A DNA stretch of 64,000 bases, taken from assembly GCA_963716255.1 (NCBI GenBank), contig OY970303.1, positions 7,712,001 to 7,776,000 on the forward strand, read 5' to 3'. The translations under genes and the position numbers were made by a program. The notes under the pieces were generated by a model. The model was not told where the DNA came from and did not search any database. It was given only the letters and a program-made list of their open reading frames with translations. Below, piece by piece: positions 36,292 through 46,241 of the stretch (position 1 is its first letter; each line of letters starts with the position of its first letter). Origin of the DNA: an uncultured Gemmatimonadales bacterium (GTDB taxonomy: Bacteria; Gemmatimonadota; Gemmatimonadetes; Longimicrobiales; Longimicrobiaceae).

Positions 36292-37281
36292 ATGCAGGCC
36301 GTTCCGGAAGAGGCCGGGGCGCTCGCCGGCCCCGCTCCGCGCCGCCCGCTGACGCTGGCGGGCCGGCGCGGCAACCTCGCGGACCGCGTCTACGGGTACG
36401 CGCTGCTGGCGATGGGGTTGGTCATCCCCCTGCTGCTCGCCTTCCTGCTCTTCCGGGTGGGCGCCTCCGCGCTCCCGGCGGTGCGGGAGTTCGGGTGGGC
36501 CTTCCTGACGAGCAGCGAGTGGAACCCGGTGGAGGGCCAGTTCGGGGCCCTGCCGTTCATCTTCGGGACGCTGGCCTCGTCGCTGCTGGCCGTGCTGATC
36601 GCGGTGCCGCTGGCGGTGGGGCTCGCCATCTTCCTCACCGAGCTGGCCCCCCGCTGGGTGGCCGCGCCGGTGGCCTTCGGCACCGAGCTGCTGGCGGCGA
36701 TCCCCAGCGTGGTCTACGGGCTGTGGGGGATCTTCGTGCTGGTGCCGTGGCTGCGCTCCGCCGTGCAGGAGCCGCTGGCGAGCACGCTGGGCGACAGCAT
36801 CCCCCTGTTCCGCGGCCCGGCCTACGGGGTGAGCATCCTTTCGGCGGGGGTGATCCTGGCCATCATGATCGTCCCCTTCATTTCCGCGGTCTCGCGCGAG
36901 GTGCTGGCCGCGGTGCCGCGGGTGCAGCGCGAGGGGGCGCTGGCGCTGGGCGCCACCCGCTGGGAGATGACCTGGCAGGTGGTGCTCCCGTACGCCACGC
37001 CGGGGATCATCGGGGCGACCATCCTGGGGCTGGGGCGCGCCCTGGGCGAGACCATGGCGGTGACCATGGTGATCGGCAACCGGCCGGAGATCGCCACCTC
37101 GCTCTTCGCGCCGGGCTACACCATGGCCAGCGTGCTCGCCAACGAGTTCTCGGAGGCGAGCACCGACCTGTACCTGGCCGCGCTCATGGAGGTGGCGCTG
37201 ATCCTCTTCGGCATCACCGTGGTGGTGAACACCTTCGCGCGGCTGCTGGTGTGGCGCGTGGCGCGCCGGGAGGGGCGGTGA
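36292..37281 (+). CDS. pstC: Phosphate ABC transporter permease
   Basis: ELLAAIPSVVYGLWG, EGALALGATRWE, GRALGETMAVTMVIGN. Confidence 0.95.
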   Translation: MQAVPEEAGALAGPAPRRPLTLAGRRGNLADRVYGYALLAMGLVIPLLLAFLLFRVGASALPAVREFGWAFLTSSEWNPVEGQFGALPFIFGTLASSLLAVLIAVPLAVGLAIFLTELAPRWVAAPVAFGTELLAAIPSVVYGLWGIFVLVPWLRSAVQEPLASTLGDSIPLFRGPAYGVSILSAGVILAIMIVPFISAVSREVLAAVPRVQREGALALGATRWEMTWQVVLPYATPGIIGATILGLGRALGETMAVTMVIGNRPEIATSLFAPGYTMASVLANEFSEASTDLYLAALMEVALILFGITVVVNTFARLLVWRVARREGR

Positions 37282-38141
37282 GCGGGGCCGCGGCGCACGC
37301 TGGGCGCGACCGGCGCCGGCGCGCCACCAGCGCGCTCATGCTCACCCTCACCGGGGTGGCGGCGCTGCTCACCGTGGTGCCGCTGGTGCTCATCCTCTTC
37401 CACCTGCTGCGGGCGGGGCTCACGTCGGTGAACCCGGCGTTCTTCACACGCCTTCCGGCGCCCGTGGGCGAGACCGGCGGCGGGATGGGCAACGCCGTCC
37501 TGGGCACCGTGTTCCTGGTGGGGCTCGCCGCGGCGCTGGGGCTCCCGGTGGCCATCGGCGCGGGGCTGTTCCTGGCGGAGGCGGAAGGGAGCCGGTTCGC
37601 CGGCGTGGTGCGCTTCCTCACCGACGTGATGAACGGGATCCCCTCCATCGTGGTGGGGATCTTCGTGTGGGCGTGGGTGGTGGTGTCCATGGGACACTTC
37701 TCCGCCCTGGCGGGGGGGATCGCGCTGGCCATCATGCTGCTCCCCATGGTGACGCGCACCACCGAGGAGATGATCCGCCTGGTGCCGCGCGAGCTGCGCG
37801 AGGGCGGGCTGGCGCTGGGCTTCACCCGCTGGCGCACCACCCTGGGGATCGTGCTCCCCGCCGCGCGCAGCGGGATCCTGACCGGCGTCCTGGTCTCCCT
37901 CGCGCGGGTCGCGGGGGAAACCGCGCCGCTGCTGTTCACGGCGTTCGTCAACCCGTACTGGGGGTGGCGGCTGGACGAGCCCATCGCCGCGCTCCCGGTG
38001 CAGATCTTCCAGTACGCGACCTCGCCGTTCGAGGAGTGGCACCGGCTCGCCTGGGCGGCGGCGCTGGTGCTCATCGGCCTGGTGCTCGCCGTCAGCCTCA
38101 CGGCGAGGTTCCTGATCCGCAGTCCCTACAAGGACCGGTAG
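37278..38141 (+). CDS. pstA: Phosphate ABC transporter permease
   Basis: [37 protein letters not shown] overlap with pstC. Confidence 0.95.
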   Translation: MSGAAAHAGRDRRRRATSALMLTLTGVAALLTVVPLVLILFHLLRAGLTSVNPAFFTRLPAPVGETGGGMGNAVLGTVFLVGLAAALGLPVAIGAGLFLAEAEGSRFAGVVRFLTDVMNGIPSIVVGIFVWAWVVVSMGHFSALAGGIALAIMLLPMVTRTTEEMIRLVPRELREGGLALGFTRWRTTLGIVLPAARSGILTGVLVSLARVAGETAPLLFTAFVNPYWGWRLDEPIAALPVQIFQYATSPFEEWHRLAWAAALVLIGLVLAVSLTARFLIRSPYKDR

Positions 38142-38142
38142 C

Positions 38143-39000
38143 ATGCCCGAAACGTCCATCCAGGCGCCCACCATGCCGCAGTCGCACACCCCCGCGCCCC
38201 GCCCCGGGAGGACCCAGCCGCAGGGCGGAGAAACGTCGCCGCCGGTCCCGGCGGTGGAAGCGAGGGACTTCTCCTTCTGGTACGGCGGCGCGCGGGCGCT
38301 GGGCGACATCAGCCTGGTCGTCCCCGAGCGGCGCGTGACCGCGCTGATCGGGCCCTCCGGGTGCGGGAAGAGCACCTTCCTGCGCTCCATCAACCGGATG
38401 AACGACCTGATCCCCGGCACCCGCCACGACGGCGACATCCTCATCCGCGGCGCCCCGGTGTACGACCCCGGGGTGGACGTGGTGCAGCTCCGCAAGCGGG
38501 TGGGGATGGTGTTCCAGAAGAGCAACCCGTTCCCCAAATCCATCTACGACAACGTGGCGTACGGCGCGCGCGTCAACGGCATCGCCCGGGGCCGGCGCGA
38601 GCTGGACGAGATCGTGGAGCGGTCGCTGCGGCAGGCCGCCCTGTGGGACGAGGTCAAGGACCGGCTGGACCGCAGCGCGCTAGGGCTTTCCGGCGGGCAG
38701 CAGCAGCGGCTGTGCATCGCCCGCGCGCTCGCCGTGCAGCCCGACGTGCTGCTCATGGACGAGCCGGCCAGCGCGCTGGACCCCATCGCCACGCAGAAGA
38801 TCGAGGAGCTCATCTACGAGCTCAAGGCCGACTACACCATCGTCATCGTGACCCACAACATGCAGCAGGCGGCCCGCGTCTCCGACCTCACCGCCTTCTT
38901 CTACATCGGCCAGCTGGTGGAGGTGGGCAGGACGAACGACATCTTCACCAACCCCCGCGAGGAGCGCACCGAGGCGTACATCACCGGGAGGTTCGGATGA
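38143..39000 (+). CDS. pstB: Phosphate ABC transporter ATP-binding protein
   Basis: [41 protein letters not shown]. Confidence 0.96.
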   Translation: MPETSIQAPTMPQSHTPAPRPGRTQPQGGETSPPVPAVEARDFSFWYGGARALGDISLVVPERRVTALIGPSGCGKSTFLRSINRMNDLIPGTRHDGDILIRGAPVYDPGVDVVQLRKRVGMVFQKSNPFPKSIYDNVAYGARVNGIARGRRELDEIVERSLRQAALWDEVKDRLDRSALGLSGGQQQRLCIARALAVQPDVLLMDEPASALDPIATQKIEELIYELKADYTIVIVTHNMQQAARVSDLTAFFYIGQLVEVGRTNDIFTNPREERTEAYITGRFG

Positions 39001-39680
39001 GCCCCGCCCCCGGCGTCCGCCACTTCCACGAGGAGCTGGCCCAGCTCAAGAACCGCCTGCTGGACATGTCGCAGCTGGCGGAGGAGCTGGTGAAGGCCAG
39101 CGTGGAAGCGCTGCTGGAGCGCGACGAGGCAAAGGCGCAGGCGGTGATCCTGGGCGACAAGGAGCTGGACGCGCTGGAGGTGGAGGTGGACGACGCCTGC
39201 ATCCACCTGCTTGCGCTGCAGCAGCCCATGGCGCGCGACCTGCGCCTGATCACCATGTCCATGAAGATCTCCAACGACCTGGAGAGGGTGGGCGACCACG
39301 CCGTCAACATCGCCGAGGCGGTGCCGCACCTGGCCGGCAGCCAGCCCTTCGCGCAGTTCCCCGAGATCGAGGAGATGGCGCGCCTCGCCCGCGGCATGCT
39401 TTCCGACGCGCTGGACGACTTCGTGCGCGGCGACGCCCAGGGCGCCCGCGAAGTGTGCCGGCGCGACGACCGGGTGGACTCGCTGCACGAGTCGCTGTTC
39501 CGGATCCTGCTCACGCACATGATGGAGGACCCGCGCCGCATCGGGCCGAGCATGTCGCTCTTCCTGGTGAGCCGCAACCTGGAGCGCATCGCCGATCTCG
39601 CCACCAACATCGCCGAGGACGTGGTGTTCCTGGTGGAGGGGCGCACCATCAAGCACCACGCCGAGGACGGAGTTCGATAA
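38997..39680 (+). CDS. phoU: Phosphate signalling complex protein
   Basis: [35 protein letters not shown]. Confidence 0.95.
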   Translation: MSPAPGVRHFHEELAQLKNRLLDMSQLAEELVKASVEALLERDEAKAQAVILGDKELDALEVEVDDACIHLLALQQPMARDLRLITMSMKISNDLERVGDHAVNIAEAVPHLAGSQPFAQFPEIEEMARLARGMLSDALDDFVRGDAQGAREVCRRDDRVDSLHESLFRILLTHMMEDPRRIGPSMSLFLVSRNLERIADLATNIAEDVVFLVEGRTIKHHAEDGVR

Positions 39681-39700
39681 CGGCTTTTGACGGCGGGTTT

Positions 39701-39834
39701 GGGCGTGCCCCCGGCTGGCGCCGGGGTCGGGCTTCGGCTCCGTAGGGCTGCAAACAACGCAGCCCAACGGAGTCGAGCCCCGGCGGAAACAGCCCCGCCG
39801 GGTCTCGCCCCTTCGGGCCGGAATCCCTCACGCG
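39701..39834 (+). repeat. Structured intergenic repeat, full copy
   Basis: Variable stems GGGCTGC/GCAGCCC and CCCGGCGG/CCGCCGGG. Confidence 0.92.
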
Positions 39835-39859
39835 GCATCGCGCTGGCGTCCACAGGGAG

Positions 39860-39972
39860 CCCCACCCGGCTCGCTTGAGGCTCGCCACCCTCCCCCATTT
39901 CTGGGGGAGGGTTTCCCGTACCTGGAGTCGCCGTTCTCCCCTCCCCCTTGCGGGGAGGGGCCGGGGGAGGGG
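39860..39972 (+). repeat. Second repeat family (CCCACCCGGCTCGCTT.AGGCTCGCCACCCTCCCCC...GGGGGAGGG)
   Basis: Also at 41268-41320 (inverted), 62416-62470 and partially at 43856-43882; followed here by a further CCCTCCCCC/GGGGAGGG palindrome. Confidence 0.8.
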
Positions 39973-40136
39973 GTCCGGGGGGCGGGCGCACTCCTTGCGG
40001 CTCAGGCCGGCCGGTCCGCTCCGGCAGCGCCCGGGGCGGGGCCGTCCCGCTTGCCGGGGGGGCGGGAAGGGAGGTACAATCCCCGCCTGCGCGCCCCGCC
40101 GGCGGCGAACCCTATGGACCGCAACCCCCACCGCCC

Positions 40137-41075
40137 ATGCAGCGTTCCCACGGGTCGTCGCCGCCGGATTCCCAGGGCGGCGAGCCCGCGTCCTCGACCA
40201 CGCCGCCCCCCCTCCGCGAGGTCGTCCAGGACATCGTCATCGCCGACCCGGTGGAGATGCTGCTGGAGGAGGTGGTGGAGGAAACCCAGCCGCAGGGGCT
40301 GATGTACGGCTCGTCCATGCGGGGGCGCGTCGCCATCGTCACCGGGGGCGCCACGGGGATCGGGCGGGCCATCGTGCTGGAGCTGGCGCGGCACGGCGTG
40401 CACGTGGCGTTCAACTACTTCTCGTACGACGACACCGGCGACATGGCCCACGAGGCCGAGCGGACCGCGCGCGAGATCGCGCAGCTGGAGGTCCGCTGCC
40501 ACCACGCCGAGTGCGACGTGCGCGACTCCGCCGCGGTGGGGCGCTTCGTGGACGACGTGCTGGAGCGCATGGGCGGGCTGCACATCCTGGTCAACAACGC
40601 CGGCATCGGGCGCGACGGCGCCCTCTGGCGCCTCACCGACGAGAAGTGGCGCACGGTGCTGGACACCAACCTCACCGGCGCCTTCCACATGATCCGCGCC
40701 GTCGCCCCGCACTTCCGGCGGCACCACGACGGCAAGATCGTCAACGTTTCCTCGGTGCACGGGCTGCGCAGCGAGTTCGGGCTTTCCAACTACTCCGCCT
40801 CCAAGGCCGGAGTGCTGGGGCTGACCCGCTCCGCCGCGCTGGAGCTGGGCCCCAGCAACGTCAACGTCAACGCCGTGGCGCCCGGCTACATCCGCACCAC
40901 GCGCCTCACCAGCGGCGTCCCGGCCGAGATCCTGGACACCGCCCGGGAGCGCGCCGTGCTGGGCCGCCTGGGCGACCCGCAGGACGTGGCGAACGTGGTG
41001 GTGTTCCTGTGCTCCGAGCTGGCGCGCCACATCACCGGCACCGTCGTTCCCGTGGACGGGGGGCACCTGCTTTGA
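40137..41075 (+). CDS. SDR family oxidoreductase (FabG-like); start uncertain
   Basis: TGGATGIG, LVNNAGI, YSASK, VNAVAPG, VDGG. Confidence 0.88.
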   Translation: MQRSHGSSPPDSQGGEPASSTTPPPLREVVQDIVIADPVEMLLEEVVEETQPQGLMYGSSMRGRVAIVTGGATGIGRAIVLELARHGVHVAFNYFSYDDTGDMAHEAERTAREIAQLEVRCHHAECDVRDSAAVGRFVDDVLERMGGLHILVNNAGIGRDGALWRLTDEKWRTVLDTNLTGAFHMIRAVAPHFRRHHDGKIVNVSSVHGLRSEFGLSNYSASKAGVLGLTRSAALELGPSNVNVNAVAPGYIRTTRLTSGVPAEILDTARERAVLGRLGDPQDVANVVVFLCSELARHITGTVVPVDGGHLL

Positions 41076-41267
41076 GAACGGTGCGTCGAATCCTCGGGAC
41101 CGCTCCGGAACCAGGCCAAACGGCCGGCCTGTTTCCTACGCGGGCTACGGGAGCCTCGCCAAACAGCAGGCGAGTCTCCCTGCGCCGGAGCGAGCCAGCC
41201 GAAACCGCCCGGCTGTCTCCCTCCGCAACGGATTTGGGGGGTACTGCGGAACTGCACGGACAGGAAG

Positions 41268-41320
41268 CCCTCCCCCAGAATTGGGGGAGGGTGGCGAGCC
41301 TGAAGCGAGCCGGGTGGGGG
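41268..41320 (-). repeat. Second repeat family, inverted copy overlapping the start of a lipoprotein gene
   Basis: CCCTCCCCCAGAATTGGGGGAGGGTGGCGAGCCTGAAGCGAGCCGGGTGGGGG. Confidence 0.8.
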
Positions 41321-41953
41321 CCGGCGGCCCTCGCGCTCGCCGTCACCCTCGCCGCCTGCGCCTCCGCGCCCCCGCTGCCCGCGGGCGCGCCGGACGCCGC
41401 CGCGCCTGCCGCGGCCCCCGCGCTCGCGGCGGCGGCGCCGCCGCTGCGGCTGGCCGGGCTGCGCGTGCTGGTGCTGCCGTTCCAGGCCATCAGCGGGCTC
41501 CCCGGCGACGCCGACGAGCGGCTGGGGCGGGAGCTGCTGTTCGCGCTGGGCGAGCGGGAGCCGCGCGCCACGCTGGTCGCGCCCGACGTGCTGGAGCGGG
41601 CGCTGCGGCGCTCTCCCGGCTTCGCGAGCGACCCGCGCGCCCTCCCCGCCGACCCGCTGGTGCACCACCGCGTGCGGCAGGCGGTGGAGCCGCTGGCCGG
41701 CGAGCTGCGGCGCTACGCCGCGCTCACCGACGTGCGGCTGGTGCTGCTCCCGCGCTCCGCCGCGTTCTCGCGGCCGGCCGGCGCGGCCGAGGGACGCGTG
41801 CGCATCGACGCCGCGATCATCGACGCGCGCAGCGGCGACGTCGTGTGGTGGGGGGAGGCCGAGGGCGACCTCCGCCCCGAAGCCGACGCGCGCGCCATCG
41901 GCAGCGCCGCCGCGGCGCTCGCCGCGCGCATGGCGGCCGCCGGCGCGCGGTGA
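41291..41953 (+). CDS. Hypothetical lipoprotein; start uncertain (GTG 41291 or GTG 41081)
   Basis: AALALAVTLAAC lipobox, RVLVLPF and IIDARSGDVVW(W) strands as in CsgG/LpoB-like folds. Confidence 0.65.
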   Translation: MASLKRAGWGPAALALAVTLAACASAPPLPAGAPDAAAPAAAPALAAAAPPLRLAGLRVLVLPFQAISGLPGDADERLGRELLFALGEREPRATLVAPDVLERALRRSPGFASDPRALPADPLVHHRVRQAVEPLAGELRRYAALTDVRLVLLPRSAAFSRPAGAAEGRVRIDAAIIDARSGDVVWWGEAEGDLRPEADARAIGSAAAALAARMAAAGAR

Positions 41954-42055
41954 CCCCGCGCGGAGCCCGGCACCGCCCGCTGGAACGCACCTTGCCCACA
42001 TCGCCTGCGCCCGGACCGGCGTCCGGGCGGAGGCATCACACCTGACGCAGGTCCA

Positions 42056-43069
42056 ATGGCCCAGACCGTAACCCTGATCCCCGGCGACGGGATCGGCCCG
42101 TCCATCACCGACGCCACGGTCCGCGTGATCGAGGCCGCGGGCGCCGAGATCGAGTGGGACCGCCGCGAGGCCGGCATGGCCGCCCTCTCGCTCCACAACA
42201 CCCCCATCCCCGACGAGACGCTGGAGTCCATCCGCGCCAGCCGCGTGTCGCTCAAGGGGCCGCTCACCACCCCGTCCGGGACCGGGTTCCGCTCCATCAA
42301 CGTCGCGCTCCGCAAGGAGTTCGACCTGTACGCCAACGTCCGCCCGGCGCGCACCATCGTCCCCGGCGGGCGCTACGAGGACATCGACCTGGTCCTCATC
42401 CGCGAGAACACCGAGGGATTGTACAGCGGCGTCGAGCACTACGTCGGCATCGGCAGCGACCCGCGCGCCGCCGCCGAGTCGGTGATGCTGGTGACCCGCT
42501 TCGGCGTGGAGCGCATCGTCCGCTACGCCTTCGAGTACGCCGTGTCGCACGGGCGCAAGAAAGTGACGCTGGCGCACAAGGCCAACATCCTCAAGTACAC
42601 CCAGGGGCTCTTCCTGGACATCGGCCGGGAGATCGCAAAGGAGTACGAGGGGCGCGTGGAGTTCGAGGACCGGATCATCGACGCCACCGCCATGATGCTG
42701 GTGATGGACCCGTACCGCTTCGACGTCATCGTCTGCGAGAACATGTTCGGCGACATCCTTTCCGACCAGATCGCCGGGCTCGTCGGCGGGCTGGGGCTGG
42801 CGCCCGGCGCCAACATCGGCAAGGACGCCGCAATCTTCGAGGCGGTGCACGGCTCCGCGCCGGACATCGAGGGGAAGGGAATCGCCAACCCCGCGGCGCT
42901 GATCCTCGCCGCGGTGATGATGCTGCGGCACCTGGGGATGCACGACCAGGCCGCGCGCATCTCCACCGCGCTGGAGACCACCATCCGCGAGGGCGACCGC
43001 ACCACCCCCGACCTGGGCGGGACGGGGACCACGGACACCTTCGCCGACGCCATCATCGAGCGCCTGTGA
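42056..43069 (+). CDS. Isocitrate/isopropylmalate dehydrogenase family protein (NAD-IDH-like)
   Basis: TLIPGDGIGP, LKGPLTTP, RENTEGLYSG, HKANI, NMFGDILSD, EAVHGSAPDI. Confidence 0.92.
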   Translation: MAQTVTLIPGDGIGPSITDATVRVIEAAGAEIEWDRREAGMAALSLHNTPIPDETLESIRASRVSLKGPLTTPSGTGFRSINVALRKEFDLYANVRPARTIVPGGRYEDIDLVLIRENTEGLYSGVEHYVGIGSDPRAAAESVMLVTRFGVERIVRYAFEYAVSHGRKKVTLAHKANILKYTQGLFLDIGREIAKEYEGRVEFEDRIIDATAMMLVMDPYRFDVIVCENMFGDILSDQIAGLVGGLGLAPGANIGKDAAIFEAVHGSAPDIEGKGIANPAALILAAVMMLRHLGMHDQAARISTALETTIREGDRTTPDLGGTGTTDTFADAIIERL

Positions 43070-43383
43070 CCCCCGGCTCCCCGCCCACCGCCTGCCGCCA
43101 GTGCGGCCGCGAGCCCGCCGACGGAAAGACGGACGCCGCCGGGTGGTGCGAGCAGTGCCGGGCCGGCGTGGTGCACCGCGCCACCCCCCTCGCCTTCGCC
43201 GTCGCGGTGGCGTTCTCGGTGGCGTACCTGCTGCTGCTCTGGTGGACCGGGGCGCTGCAGTCCACCAACTTCGTGGTCTTCTGGCTGGCGCTGGGGGCGC
43301 TCCTCGCCTTCGGCACGTACAAGGTCGCGCGGCGGGTCGCGTTCGACGTCATCCGCGCGCGCACCGCCCGCGTCCCGGGGTAG
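43066..43383 (+). CDS. Small membrane protein with N-terminal CxxC...CxxC
   Basis: GTGA overlap with the IDH gene; CRQC...CEQC then two hydrophobic helices. Confidence 0.6.
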   Translation: MTPGSPPTACRQCGREPADGKTDAAGWCEQCRAGVVHRATPLAFAVAVAFSVAYLLLLWWTGALQSTNFVVFWLALGALLAFGTYKVARRVAFDVIRARTARVPG

Positions 43384-43387
43384 CCGC

Positions 43388-43618
43388 ATGGCTCGCCTCG
43401 CGTTCCTCCACTCCCCCTGGATCGCCGTCGCGGTCGCCGTTCTCGGCGGCCTGTCGCTGGGGCTGGGCGTCGGCCGCCTGTGGGAGCGGCCCGACGTGCT
43501 CGCCGCGGTGTACGGCGTGCTGGGGGTGGTCCTCCTCTGGTGGGCCATCTCCGATTCCCGCAAGGCGCGCCCCGGCACCCCCGAGAGCGAGAGCGACGGG
43601 TCCCACACCATCGAGTGA
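43388..43618 (+). CDS. Small two-TM membrane protein
   Basis: 76 aa, two hydrophobic segments, 4 nt after the previous stop. Confidence 0.55.
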   Translation: MARLAFLHSPWIAVAVAVLGGLSLGLGVGRLWERPDVLAAVYGVLGVVLLWWAISDSRKARPGTPESESDGSHTIE

Positions 43619-43643
43619 TTTTACTGCTTTGAACAGCGGGGTC

Positions 43644-43773
43644 GGGCGTGCCCCCGGCTGGCGCCGGGGTCGGGCTTCGGCTCCGTAAGCCCGCAAACAA
43701 CGCGGGCTAACGGAGTCGAGCCCCGCGAAACTGCCCGCGGGTCTCGCCCCTCCGGGCCGGAATCCCTCACGCG
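43644..43773 (+). repeat. Structured intergenic repeat, full copy
   Basis: Variable stems AGCCCGC/GCGGGCT and CCCGCG/CGCGGG. Confidence 0.92.
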
Positions 43774-44047
43774 GGTCTCTCGCTGGCGTCCGCGAGATCG
43801 GGCACCTCACCCCCAGAGCGACACGACCGGGCACGACACGGCGGAGCCCGAGGGTCAGGAAGCCCTCCCCAGAACTGGGGGATATAGGGGGCAAGCCGTG
43901 CGGCTCTCAGGCCGCCGGGTGGGGGCGATCCCGCGGACGCAGCCCGGCGCCCGCTCATGCACGAGATGAAGCCGCTTCCCGCTTTCCGTCATCCCCCCCG
44001 CGCCGTACCTTTCCCTCGCAGACCCGCAGCCACCCGCCGCGCAGGAG

Positions 44048-44836
44048 GTGCCCGTGCGCAAGTTCGACGACCTGGAGCCGGACGAGATGCCGGACGTGCT
44101 GCGCTCCGCCGTGCGCGACCAGGAGCGCGAGCGGGAGCGTGAGCTGGAGCGGGCCTCCATGCAGGAGGCCGCGACCGAGATGGGGCTCAGCGCGGACCAC
44201 CTGGATCGCGCCGCCGCGGAAGTGCACACGCAGCGCGTCGCGGAGGTGCGCCGCCGGCGGCGCGTGCGCACCTGGGCGATCGCCGCGGGAGTGGCGCTGC
44301 TCGCCGCCGGGGCCGGGTACCGCGCCGCCAACCCGCCCGCGCCCGATCCCACGGTCTACACCTTCCAGGACGCCGCGCAGGGGTGGTCCGGCGAGTACAA
44401 CGCCCGCACGCTCGCACGGGTGCGCGAGGAGGACGGGCGCGGCGTGATCGAGGTGGAGCGCTTCGCCGCCGAGGACGACGGGCGCTACTGGGTCAACCTG
44501 AACACCGGCGCCGTGCCCGCGTCGCTGCGCGGCTCGCGCGAGGTGTCGCTGCGCGTCCGCGGCACCGGGCTGGGCCACGCCCGCATCTTCCTGGAGAACG
44601 GGCCCACCGAGCGCTGGCGCTCGCCGGACGTGGCGGTGGGGCCCGAGTGGCGGACGGTGCGCTTCCGGCTGGACCAGTTCGAGCACCAGACCCGCCAGGA
44701 CACCGGCTCCCCGTGGCGCGGGCGAAGCGGCGGCCGCCCGGAGCGGCTGACCCGCATCTCCGTCAAGGTGGGCGACCCCTTCAACCCGCCCGACGCCCGC
44801 GGCCGTGTCGAGGTCGACGATCTCCGCATCGACTGA
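44048..44836 (+). CDS. Hypothetical single-pass membrane protein with beta-rich (carbohydrate-binding-like) C-terminal domain
   Basis: RBS AGGAGG; charged N-terminus, one TM, EWRTVRFRLDQF and GRVEVDDLRI jelly-roll-like motifs. Confidence 0.6.
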   Translation: MPVRKFDDLEPDEMPDVLRSAVRDQERERERELERASMQEAATEMGLSADHLDRAAAEVHTQRVAEVRRRRRVRTWAIAAGVALLAAGAGYRAANPPAPDPTVYTFQDAAQGWSGEYNARTLARVREEDGRGVIEVERFAAEDDGRYWVNLNTGAVPASLRGSREVSLRVRGTGLGHARIFLENGPTERWRSPDVAVGPEWRTVRFRLDQFEHQTRQDTGSPWRGRSGGRPERLTRISVKVGDPFNPPDARGRVEVDDLRID

Positions 44837-46241
44837 GGCGCCGCGGGCCGCCGCGGGCGCCCGTCCGCCGGCCGCGGACGACGTCTTCGGCGTGCGCCCC
44901 GCGTATACGCTGCGCCTGGACGGCCGGACGCACGCCTCCGGCGACCCGCGCGAGCTGCGGCGCCTCCCCGGCGCGCCCCGCGAGGTCGACCCCGCCGCGC
45001 TGCACGGCTACCTGTGCTTCTCGCACCCGCCGTCCCCCGCGACGCTCTTCGCCGGCGTGCGCCGCGCCGAGGCGCCCGCGCCCTGGCGCGAGAGCGCGCC
45101 GCCCACGGTGGACGAGGCCGCCGCCGCCCGCCGCCTGCTGGAGCTCCTGCGCGCCTCCGTCGCCCGGATGCTCGGGACCGAGCGCGACGTGGGCGTGTTC
45201 CTGTCCGGCGGGCTGGACAGCTCGCTGGTCGCCGCCCTGCTCGCCGAGGCGGGAGCGCGCGTCCACCCGTTCACGCTGGACTTCGGGCCGCCGTGGGACG
45301 AGGAAGTGGAGCACGCCGCGGCCGTGGCCGCCCACCTGGGGCGCCCGCTGCACCGCGTTCCCGTGCGCGCGCCGGAAGTGCGGGCCGCGCTGGAGCCCAC
45401 CGCGCGCGCCCTGCACCAGCCCTTCGGCGACCCCGTCACGGTGCCGCTCTTCCTGCTCGGCGCCGCCGCGCGGGGTCGCGTGGGCACGGTGTTCAACGGC
45501 GAGGGCGGCGACCAGCTCTTCGGCGGGTGGGCCAACAAGCCCATGATCGCCGCGGAAGCGTACGGCGGGGCGGAGTACAGCCGCGAGGCCGCGTACCTCG
45601 CCACCTACCACCGCTTCCACGGCGCCGAGGACCGGCTGCTCACGCCGGGCGCGAGGGCGCTGCTCGGCCCCGTGGACGCGGGCGCCTGGATCCGGCCGGC
45701 GCTGGAGGCCGAGGGCTTCCCCAGCCTCCTGCACCGGCTGCGCGCCGCCAACCTGCGGCTCAAGGGCGCGCAGAACATCGCCCCGCGCATGGCGCAGCTC
45801 GCCGCGGCCCATGGGCTGGCGGTTCGCGCCCCCTTCCTGGACCGGGCGCTCGCCGAGTGGACCTTCACCCTCCCGCCCTCGCTCTTCCTGCGCGGCGCCG
45901 AGGAAAAGCACCTGCTCAAGGTCGCCGCCGCCACCCTCCTCCCCGCCGACGTGGTGTGGCGTCCCAAGCGCGGCATGGGCGTCCCCGCCACCGAGTGGTG
46001 CCGCGGCACCTTCCGCGGGCTGCTCGGCCCCGTGCGCCGCGAGGTCACCCGCCGCCTGTCCGCCCGGCGGCTGCGGCGCGACGGGTGGTTCGATCCCGGC
46101 TTCGTCGTGGCCCTGCGCGCCGGCGAGGACCGGCCCGGCGAGACCCGCCGCCGCCGCGCCGGCGAGAAGCTGTGGGCCCTGCTGATGCTGCACGTCTGGA
46201 TGGACGTGCAGGACCCCCCGCTGGAGCTGCCACGCCCATGA
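44805..46241 (+). CDS. Asparagine-synthase-like ATP-dependent ligase with vestigial glutaminase domain; start uncertain
   Basis: LSGGLDSS PP-loop, NGEGGDQLFGG, VRAPFLD, EKHLLK, RPKRGM. Confidence 0.8.
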   Translation: MSRSTISASTEAPRAAAGARPPAADDVFGVRPAYTLRLDGRTHASGDPRELRRLPGAPREVDPAALHGYLCFSHPPSPATLFAGVRRAEAPAPWRESAPPTVDEAAAARRLLELLRASVARMLGTERDVGVFLSGGLDSSLVAALLAEAGARVHPFTLDFGPPWDEEVEHAAAVAAHLGRPLHRVPVRAPEVRAALEPTARALHQPFGDPVTVPLFLLGAAARGRVGTVFNGEGGDQLFGGWANKPMIAAEAYGGAEYSREAAYLATYHRFHGAEDRLLTPGARALLGPVDAGAWIRPALEAEGFPSLLHRLRAANLRLKGAQNIAPRMAQLAAAHGLAVRAPFLDRALAEWTFTLPPSLFLRGAEEKHLLKVAAATLLPADVVWRPKRGMGVPATEWCRGTFRGLLGPVRREVTRRLSARRLRRDGWFDPGFVVALRAGEDRPGETRRRRAGEKLWALLMLHVWMDVQDPPLELPRP

